A DNA stretch of 63,879 nucleotides from contig CM106586.1 of the NCBI GenBank assembly GCA_048013815.1, forward strand, positions 23,746,122-23,810,000, given 5' to 3'. How positions within the stretch are numbered: the first letter of the stretch is position 1; every line of letters starts with the position of its first letter. The notes beneath the pieces were generated by a model. That model had not been told where the DNA came from and ran no database searches. It worked only from the letters and a program-made list of their open reading frames with translations. The position numbers and the translations under genes were made by a program. Shown here piece after piece: positions 38,511 through 49,221 of the stretch. Origin of the DNA: Setoptus koraiensis (lineage: Eukaryota; Animalia; Arthropoda).

Positions 38511-38750
38511 CCAACCGTTCGAACGGTTCGAAGTTCGAACGCTTCGAACGCCGCCGCGAACTGGCCGAACCGCCGATTCGAATTCCAGTTGTCAGTTGCA
38601 ATTGAGTTGTTTACGCTGCGTGCCACTGGCGCTGCGCCGCGATCGCTTGCAACGGTCCCACTGATTCGAACGGTTCGAGCGGTTCGAACTGATGGAACGG
38701 ATCGAACCGTTCGAACTGATGGAACGGCTCGAACCGTTCGAACGGTTCGC
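38511..38750. repeat. TTCGAA/AACGGTT palindromic repeat array including a 27-bp tandem unit
   Basis: Perfect palindromes at 38513-38528 and 38730-38749. Confidence 0.85.
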
Positions 38751-38857
38751 AGGGGCAGATCAGTAACACCGAACACGTAGCAACTCTTGCCAGTTGCATG
38801 CCAGTGTCATGTGTTGTAACTGGTTACATCATCACTGAACGAACGGCGGCAGATTCT

Positions 38858-38905
38858 CTGCTGTTGTTGTTGTTGTTGTTGTTGTTGCTGTTGCTGTTGC
38901 TGTTG
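38858..38905. repeat. (TTG/CTG)n trinucleotide tract
   Basis: Seen directly; similar tracts at 49141-49221 and 52777-52866. Confidence 0.9.
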
Positions 38906-40369
38906 CATCATCATTATAGCATCATGTGTGTGTTCATGATGATGCAACCATGATGTGACGCAGCCACCGCAACATAAGCCGCAAACAACAGCACGCGCCC
39001 CTGGTGACCATTTACTCTTCAATCGACTCGCCATCAGCGGGCCGCCGCAAATGACCTGTGGGCCGCAGAGGGGCGTGACGCGCTAACACCAGTCAAGCGA
39101 TGCGACATCCCGCTGATCTCTTGACTGTTGTGATTGTTATGCTGTTGGCACGACAAACAATCGCACAAACTGTCAGCTGATGCCGCGACTAACTGTCAGC
39201 TGATGCCGCGACAAACTGTCAGCCGAGTCAACCCGGTCGCTGCAGGGCCCGCTGACGGTGCGGCCAGCTGACCGTCGTCCGCTGCGGCGACCACACTCCA
39301 CGGGCCGGAGAGAACAGCGGACACAAGCGGCTCATTTGGGCCAGAGATGACAATTTGACAATTTGACAATTAGACCATTCGACAATTAGACCAGTCGACA
39401 ATTTAACGTTGCGCCGACAGGGCGACAATTTGACGACGACGCGCTAATTGTTATATCAGCAGACAATAAAAAACAGTGACTTGTGGCGGTGCAAAGTTGT
39501 GTCCGGCGGCGACTTTCAACTTTTAACACCAACCACAAACTCGCTACACGCCCGGCCGCCGAGAATGAGCCGCACATGAGTGAGCGAGCTCGCAGCGGTA
39601 TTTTGTATCCGAGCCGGCGCCCGGGGCATACCTCAACTACCTGTGTGCGTGTGTGTGCCTGAGGGTGCGCAGCGCGCACACTGGCCGAGCGCGGCTACAC
39701 AGCGCGGGCTACCGGCATGCGATGCGTATGATATCATCATCACGTTGACCTGCTGTCCGCGCCGCATCCGCGCCGCCAATCCCGCGGCCAGTGCCATTAT
39801 GTGCGGGCCTATTGCGTACTATTATGTACCATTGTGTAACATTACGTAGTATTATGTATTGGTGTTATGTAATGGCCGGCCGGACAAGTAACGAGCGAGT
39901 AGCGATACAAATGTGTGTGTCCTTGACCTCGGCCGTCGGCTGTCACCTCGTTCTGCTCGCACCCTCGCCGCTCACAACAGTTGTCAGTCAACGACGGCGC
40001 GCACTGACCGACGGTGACGTGTCGGCTGTCACAATTTTCGGATCGGACGGCTTCATTACTTTGCGATTAGCCGCCAATTGCGGGCCCGTCCATCCAACGT
40101 TGCAATATCATGTGCTACAGCATGCAATTGTGACGCAATGGCCGCTTCGAAGCGTGGGCCGGCGCAACACGATCGCTGCCAGCATGCGGTGCGATGGAAG
40201 CGCCGCCAGTTGGTGCTTCTTTTGTTTGCGCCAACGCGCCTCTATCTGTGCCTCTGTGCTGCCACTGTGTGTGTATTGCTGTGCTCATGTTGCGCCCCGC
40301 CGAGTTGTTGGTTTGCTGCGCGGTTTGTCGGCGGGCTGCCACTGTCAGTTTGGCGGCGTCCAGCCAAAC

Positions 40370-40441
40370 GGGTACCACGTCGAGCGGGTATCACGTCGAG
40401 CGGGTATCACGTCGAGCGGGTATCACGTCAAGCGGGTATCA
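40370..40441. repeat. 16-bp tandem repeat x4.5 (GGGTATCACGTCGAGC)
   Basis: Units start at 40370, 40386, 40402, 40418 and 40434. Confidence 0.95.
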
Positions 40442-43400
40442 TGTTTCCAATTACCGCACTGTCTGGCATGGCTGGCCAATCGACACCGATGCGTGTCGAT
40501 ATTGATATTGCTGATATATGTCGATATGTCGATATATGTCGACGTCGATGATCACCGATGAGCACAATCGACCGGCACAAGCAAACCGACAACTGCCACA
40601 AACCGCAAGCGACGCGCGCCCGCCGCCCCACAACCGGCAACTCATTACGGGCTAATTTAGAGATTATTCGCGCCACACCAATCGGCAACTAACTAATTTG
40701 CATACAGCAACAGCACAGGCAAAGCGGGCGCCGGGGCACAGATTTCATGCGATTGCCACAAACAGATATTGTTGGCACAATTGTGGCAACAATATCTGTG
40801 GCTGGCAAAGGTTATGCAACAACGGTTACAATTGCTCGCAATTGTGCCGCCTTGTTTGTGTAGCGGGCACAATTTTAATGGTATGCAATATATGAATGCG
40901 GCGCATCATTATCATAATGGCTCATATATCGCCTCACCCCTTGCACATATCATATCATTTATATGCACTTAGATGGCGTATACGGCATAGATGGCGCGGA
41001 TGGCATAGATGGCGCGGATGGCGTAGGTCGCACACGCGCGCCAGCGCGTGAAACTTTTCAGCAAAGCGCGCGCTGCTGGCGCCCCTGCAGCGGGCCTCTT
41101 TTAAGCAAACAACGCACCTATATTGCGTAACTATTGTGTTGTGCTCAATTGTGTTGTAACTATCACTATAACTGGCCGCTGTTGGCACTCGCAAGCGCAG
41201 CCAACTGTGACGCAACTGTGGCGCAACTGTGACGCAACTGGGGCCGTGTCTGGTCACTGGCACTCGTGGCTATTATGTCGGTGGCGTAGTTATTTAACCG
41301 CGATTATGATTATGTCATGATTGGTGCATGCTGGCATCGTTATGCCGCTGTCATTATGCAACGCACACAATTCATCGGCCAACAATGGCCGCTTAAGCCA
41401 ATCGGTGCAAGCCAAATTGAGTTGTTAACAACTGAAAAATGTTTTAGGTTGAAATGTCTCAAAAGTGTGATATTCGCACGTCCAGTTGGGGCCGCCGTCA
41501 GTATGTGTCAGTATACGTGGCCTTGGATGCAGCCTTGCGAGCCCCTCGTTTGTTTGTAACTGCAAACAAACGAGGGCACACACAAACAGTTTGTGACAAA
41601 GTGAAGTGTTCACCTTGATTTGAAAAGAAACAGTTGTTGTCGTGTGACAACTACACGGCCTATTAAGCACACAAATCGCACAATTTGCAAACAAGCTCAC
41701 TTATATCTGACGGCCAACAACACAAATTATCTACTGGGCAGCTCACATAATATCACATGGCACGTATTATGTATGATACGTATGTATGATACGTATGTAG
41801 TGGCCACAAGTAGATAACAACTCGATGACAACAATGGCCCGCTCGTTATTTATCCATTCGGTGTGCCAGAGCGGCCATTGTTAACAAGCGAGCATTGTTG
41901 CGCCAACAACAATGTTTGTGTCTCATTTGCGCCTCTCAACTCGTCACTGTGCGCAACTGTCACTGTGCTGGCAATTGTGTCACAAATTTTTCGCTCACAA
42001 TCACACAATCGAGCGAATCGATAGTAGCGATCGATTTAACGAGCTCGTGTTTGCATAAATCATCACGAGCCGACCACAACTCGTGCACGACATCAGGTGA
42101 GCGCGCCACCGTTGTCCAGTTGTGCGGCCAGCGCAAACGCTTTGGCTCATGCCAAAAGATGATTGCTCATTTTTCATTTCTCGTTTCTCATTTAACACCA
42201 CTGCTGAAATAATTGCCATCGATATCGTTTGTGACAGCGATGCATCACAAACAATGTCGGCTTGCGACGTGCTGGTTGAGATATGCATATTATGTCGAGG
42301 CCGCCAAGCGGCGTTGGCGCACGGCCATCACTTACCTGCTCAGGGCGTACATAGTGCCGGCCTGTGTCCTTGGAATCTTGGCTCTTGTTTCGATTCTTTT
42401 CTTTTATTCGCTTCTTTTTGTCTGCTTTTGTTTCTCTCGCGCTTCTCACTGGTCGCTGTTTCGCGTCGCTTTCTTCTTCGGCGTTTTCTTCGTCGGCTTC
42501 GTCGTTGGCTTCGTCGATGGATTATTCGTTGAATTATTCGTCGGCGTCTTGGTTGGATTATTCGCCGGCTTCTTCGGCTTCGTCGTTGGATTATTCGTTG
42601 GCTTCTTCGGCGGCCTCTGCTCTGGCCTGTCGATCCGATTTGCTGCTGCTGCTGCTACTGCGATTCTCTTCTCGGGCAACTCTCATGTGTCGCCAGCTAT
42701 TTGTTTGTTGCTCGCACAATCTCATGCAAGTGTCAGCTTGTAACTGCACCGCTCGCCCTATAAACACTCTTTTGGTTGCATTATTTTGTCTGTCGTGTGT
42801 CGATGTGTGTCGCTGCCTTGACTTGATTGGTCGCTTGATTCTGTGTGCGTATTCTCAATGCGTCTTGTCACTGGTAACAGTAAGTATGGTAACACTATTT
42901 TGCCAATCGAACGCTCCGATGAAACGCCTGCTAGAACAGTCATTGGCTGGCTGCCGCTGCGATGTGCTGCTGTGTTTGAGTGCAAATGAGTGCGAGCCAA
43001 TCAACGAGTGTCGAACTACTGACGATCGAACACAATACAACTGCCACTACAACAACGGCCAGCAGCAGCAGCGGCCTATATGCAGCGCGCCCAATGCATT
43101 TGCGTGCATACAAATGGGGAGTGAGTGAGGGGGTTGACACCAGTTTCACGCCTGACAATTAGTCAAGTGCTCTCTTTGTCTGTCTGTCTCACTCTGTATG
43201 TTATCTCGTGAGTGCGTGTGTGCTTGCTTGCTTGCGTGTGTGTGTGTGTATGCCTTTGCTTGTCAGTGTTGGCCTGCGTGTCTGTGTGTCTGCTCGCTTG
43301 TATGCTGATATAAATGCTGATTTAAATAACACACAATAGAGTGTGTGTGTGTGCTATTGTTCTATCGCCTATATTGTCTATCTGTCAACACGGTGCAGCA

Positions 43401-46060
43401 TCGAATTTACTCCTTGCCGGCCTGATATAGGTGAACGTCGAATTATATTATTGTTGTATTATAATTATTTTGCTGGCTCCCTTGTGCTGTTGTTACTGTT
43501 GCATCATAACGGTGCCGATGCAATGTATGTGCTATAGAGATATATTTAAATATAAAGGCCAGGTGATGTGCGCGCAATGATTGATTGGCACTCGCCGAGT
43601 CGCTAGTCGCGAGTGGGGCCCCCGGCTGACGCTCGCTGTGTCAGCTGATAGAGCGAGACTTAATGAGAGGGGATTAATTGATGCTGGCACTGAATTGATT
43701 GCGAAATGCAAATTGACACCCTCGGCTACACTCACTGGTGCTAACTGTTTGCGCCAGCGGTGGCTTGTGGTAACTCGACGAGGGGATAATTCTATCCGTT
43801 GTTCTTATTATTAGCACCGTTGTCGCTCAGCTGGGCGTTGTTGCGGTTGTTGCGGCCGTTGTGCGCCAACCAATCAACAAGCGACACCTTTGCTCGTTTG
43901 TGTGTGCGTGCGTCTCACGCCCACAATTAATATTTATGTCACTGTTGTTGTTGCTGTTGTTGTTGCTGTTGTTGCAGTTGTTGTCGCTAGTGGTGCATTG
44001 GTAGTATTAGTGGTAGTGGTAGCGGTAGTGATGGTGGTAATAGTGAGCGGTCGTTGTTTTTTAGCGACGACAGTAGCAGTGCTAATAACGGTGCTTGCAG
44101 TTGTGGCCAGTTTGCTGCTGACGAACCAAATGCCAATCGCGAATCTTCGCTGCGGCTGCTTCTGTTCGCAGCACAACGAGAGCAAATTATTCGCTCGCTC
44201 TTACGCAACTCACTCACAGTGGCAGCATTACTATTACGCAACTCATGCCAGCACTGCCGCCCCCCCCCCCTGCATTCAATGGCTCGGGGCTTCTTGCAGC
44301 AGTGGCGCTGCTGTTGGCTGGCTTGATGGCTCGCTGGCTGCTCGCAACTCGCAACTGGAAGCACCGCAAACAGTTACCACTGGCAGCCACTGTCAGGCTC
44401 CGTGAGAAGCCAGTGTCGCCCTGTTTTCTCTTTTGCGAGCGCTCGCTTCTCGGCGCACCGGCCAAATGATTATCATTGAATGATAGCGCCCAGCCGAGCC
44501 GAGCCAAAGCGCGTTACGTAACGCGTTGCGTAACGCGGTAACGAGCGGGCATTGTTATTTTTTTAATCAGTTGGCTCAACTGTGCACGACAAGACACACA
44601 CACACTTGGCCAATGACACACACCGACACACACATGAAATCAAAAGCGAATATAATCAAGGGCCGAATCGATGATAACGGTAATATCAGCGAGAATTCGC
44701 GCTAATTCGCTGGCGCCTGAGCGCTGCTCGCTGGCACCCGAGAGCGCCGATGTTGGGCCTCATTCGACGCTGTTCTTGGCTTTTTTCGCGCTACTTTCCT
44801 CGTGCGAGCCTCCCGTGCCACCGAATCCAACGTTGGCCGATCGGTGGCACCCAATGGGCCCCACCGACAACGGCTAACGAGCCGCTGCTCATTTGGGGCG
44901 CTGGCGAGGCCACTTGTGCAGCCTATAAATGACAGTGGCACCAGTAAGCGCTGTCATTGTTGTTGCTGGTGTTTGTCGTGACGAGTGGGCGCCACCTGGC
45001 GTGAGAGCGAAAGGTAAACAGTGTGGCTACTGTGTCCGAAACACTGCTCCTGTCTCAAATACCCTGTCTAAGATACCCCCCTGCTTGAAATACCCAGGCA
45101 AGCGAGCTGTTTTGGTTGAGCAGTTGTGTTCGCGTGTCCAGTCGCTATTTATAAGTGCATCGCCAGCATTGCGTCATATTATCCGATATCACATTTTATT
45201 ATCCGGTATCACATTATGTTGGCCGGCTTGGCATTACATTGTTCGGTGTGGTTGCTTCTCGCAATCGTCGGGCTTGTTTGCATCATCAGTAGCATCATTA
45301 TTTTACGAGAAGTGAGCGCAAAGCGAGCGAGATGTATAAATAGAGAGAGATATTTGTATAGACAGTGTATAAGGGGAGAGATATACATGAGATGTGTATG
45401 TATAAATAGTCGGGAGATTCAAGACAGGCGGCATGTGTTTGCACAAACTAGCCAGATAGTGAGCAAACACACTCTCTATTGGGGATATTGGAGAGTCTCT
45501 AATGATCCGATGATCAAGTTGGATCTTTGCGCAAATCGATGCCCAGCAATGGTTATTAGTGGGTAATAGTTGCATCATTATAAACAAATAATTATTCAAT
45601 ACTTTGCCCACTCTACTGGCTCGCTCAATATGTAGCGATAAACTGGGCTCAACAAGCTTGATGAACGCCGATGTCCAATATTCGGCTGTTAGTTAGCCAG
45701 ACCTGTTGTCCGCATAATCGATCGCATACGACGACGACGACCATATAAGCCTTGTATTGAGAGCCAACATCGAGACAGATATTGGCATGCCAGCGAGCCA
45801 GTTGTAAACAAAACCATTCCAAATGAGGGCCTGCTCGCTTGTTATAGGTTATCTTGTTGTTATTTATGCTGCCACCGATATGGCAGCATAAATAACCGCC
45901 GAGCGACCGATTGACCGACTGCGACCGGCAACCACTGTGACTCGTTTAGTGCTGCTTGCATAACACATGATGGCCGGCCCTTGTTACATAATGTTACATG
46001 ATGCTACATAATGTGATGTAATGTTATACACAATGTTGTGTTGCTAAACATAAACATTAT

Positions 46061-46120
46061 ATAACATTACGTAATATTATAACATTATGTAATATTATAA
46101 CATTATGTAATATTATAACA
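46061..46120. repeat. 18-bp tandem repeat x3 (CATTA[C/T]GTAATATTATAA)
   Basis: TTAYGTAA at 46067, 46085 and 46103. Confidence 0.9.
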
Positions 46121-49100
46121 TGACAAATTAACATGACGAGTAGCATTCATTAGGCGACTTGGCTGGCTGGCTGGCTGGCTGGCCGGCCGGTGAGCACGGG
46201 CGAGTGGGGATGAATATTATTATACATTGTATGCATAGTATAATGTGATGCCAGCCAGTATTGACAGCGTCACACAGTGACGGGCACATTAGTCAGAGTT
46301 GGAGCCGAGATCATTAGTGTTTGTTGTTTGGAAGCTGCACTTGTTTGCATTTTGCTGGCCATCACCCGTGGCCTAGTTATGCAAAACATTATATTAAAGC
46401 ATTTATGTTGGCATTGATAGCGAGAGCGCACAGTAGTGGTGCCAATTTCATCAACTAATCATCATTTTGTAGACATAGACATAGACTAATAGTGAGCACT
46501 GATCTGCAAACAACAACAAAACGGTGAGCTTGTGAATGAGAGTTGTGGCGGCAACAATTACGTTATCGCCACTTTTCGATCATCATTATTCACTGGTCAT
46601 AATCACAAGTCTGCAATAATTTATTACTAATAAATGACCATGATAAGTAAGGCCATAAGTAAGGTAAGTAGTGGCCAGTGGTCATGATAATTGCAACTGC
46701 AATCGATGACATGATACCATTGTGATATACTCACTTACCTGCAGCTATTACGTGAATGCCGCTCACTTGTTAGAGCGCAAAACCAGCGATCGTTGAGTGG
46801 TCTCAACAACTGACCAGTTGTTGAGTGGCAACAGCAAGTGGCTTATGCAGATTAGATAATTGTTAGTAGAGCACGGGATTGTTGCTAGCAACTTGCTGGT
46901 GGCCAGTGGTAAGAGTGCGCGCGCCGACCAAGGTGCGCCAAGTGAGTGGCCGGCGTTGAGGTGGTCGTGGCAACTAATTTGCATACTACCCTACTACTAC
47001 ACTATTGCACTATTACACCATTACACTATTACATACTACAATGCGCAAAGTGTATCACAACAGCAACAACAGCAGCAACAACAACAACAACGGCAGCAGC
47101 AATAATAATAATCTGGAAATTGGCATTGTTTGCTAGTTAATTATTATTGTTATTAGCATTGTTGTGCCATCTACAATCTGCAGTGTACAATCTGGAGTGA
47201 GCGGCCATCAGCGGCGCTCGGCCGGGGTCCAGTGATGCCAACGGTGCCAATGGGGCCCAAATGGATCGAATCGACAGCAAGTCGTCGGTTGCAAATGGAC
47301 CGAATCGGCCAGCTCGCGCGCCCATTCGCATTCTCGTGCGCATACACATGTAATAGCGCGCAATAATTAGTAGACAAACTGGCAAAATTTGCGCGACAGT
47401 GACGCACTGTCATTCATTAGTTTATTTGGTATCAGACAACTTATTCATTATTATTGCTATTAGACACAAGTCAATTGCACACTTTGCCGAGCCAGCCAGC
47501 TTTACTGAGCCCGTGCCGAAGCGGCCGTCAATTAACAATGGTTTACAAAGTTTACGACAACAACAAATTACAATTATTTCGCGCTAATTATGAGGCTCTC
47601 AAGTTTGCAACGCTCTTTGCAACGGTTTGTGTAACGGTTGCCTGGAATGTTGCTGCAGTTGTAATGGCCAGTGACGGTTGTCAGTGGCATTAGCATATTC
47701 CCATGATTTAATAGACACTTGCGCCACAGCTCACACTCACCGTGCGCCGTGTAGAGCGCACAATAACACACAATGACTGGCAATAAATGATAGATGATCG
47801 CCGGTAATTAGTCTGCTGACTGCATTGAAACAATTGAGCCAATCGAGCCAATTGGTCAGTTGTTTGGCACGGTTGCGCGTGCAACCATTACTACACTTTG
47901 TTATGATGGCTACGCCACTGACCATTGCAACCATTTTCAATGGTCAGTCGCATTGCAAGAGTCGCTATTGATTGATTGTGCGCTCTCTGCGAGCCCCATT
48001 CTCTGGCCCTCACATTCTCTGGCCGAATCGCACTGTCGGGCCGCATCGCTGGCACAATTTGCGAGCGATCGAGCTGGGCCAAGACTGTTTCATGTGGGGT
48101 CACTGACCCGTTTGCCGATCTCATTTTTGTTGTAGTGTCCACCGACAGTGCGCTCCAATCGCGCCAACAGTGTGCGCGTTCTGTATCATCGGGGCCGCTA
48201 ATTGATGCATTTGTAGTTGTGGGTTGTTGCCGGTTGTTGCTGCTCGTCGCTCGTCGGTTGTTGCCGCTCGTCGGTTGTCGGTTGCCGGTTGTTGGCTGTT
48301 GGCTGCTGGCTGCTGGCGCAACAATAAGTGGCCGCATCACACGAGACACACGATCGGCGCATCGGTGGCCACGATCGCCGGTAGGCGGATAAATAAAGCA
48401 AGCTAATGATAATTGTGCAAAGCGGCCAACAGTGAGAGTGAGAGCGCCGCCAAAATGGTCGCTGTAACTTGATACTGGCGCATGGTGCACAGTTGATACT
48501 GGCGCATGGTGCACAGTGCATAGTGGATGGTGCATAGTGGCCGGTGCACGGTGCATGCTGGACGGCGGATAGATGGTGCTGCTAATAGATGCACGACGAC
48601 GACGACGACGACAGAGATTAATCACACAACGAGCCGAGGAACAATTGCGCTGCAAATTGTGTGAGCATGTAACAATTGACTCAAGTGGACAAGACAATCT
48701 AATGATAATGATTTTAAATCATGCCTCGGCCTAATTGATGCCAGTGGCCGCGATGCGCCCTGATTGAGCGTTTATATGGCATGTGAAAGCGTGTAACATA
48801 AGTGTATCAACTTGATACTATCAAGTTACTGCAACTTTTGACCCACTGCAACCACTCGCTCAAGCAGGCTAGTGGCAACGCGCGCGCCCACTACAGGCCG
48901 AATGGCGCTACAACCTGCACCACAACTCGCACTACAAGTCGCACCACAACTTGCACTGCAACTCGAGTCACATAGGGGGCACAGTTGCGCGTTGCAGCGC
49001 GTGTTTAGTCAAACATGTAATTAAAGAGACACAAGCGAGACGCTGGCTCGCAAGCGCCGACTCCGCCAAAAGTCATTAGGCACGCCCCACAGTGGCCAGA

Positions 49101-49140
49101 CACTGGACCCGCTCCGGCCACTGATTATTTTCGGCTGGCA

Positions 49141-49221
49141 CTGTTGTTGTTGTCGTTGTTGCTGTTGTTGTTGCTGTTGTTGCTGCTGCTGCTGTTGTTG
49201 CTGTTGTTGTTGTTGTTGTTG
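49141..49221. repeat. (TTG/CTG)n trinucleotide tract
   Basis: Seen directly. Confidence 0.9.

Noticed and set aside
38511-38750. Heat-shock element interpretation of the GAA/TTC array
   Set aside because: HSEs need 2-nt spacing between inverted GAA units; here the spacing is 0 or 3.
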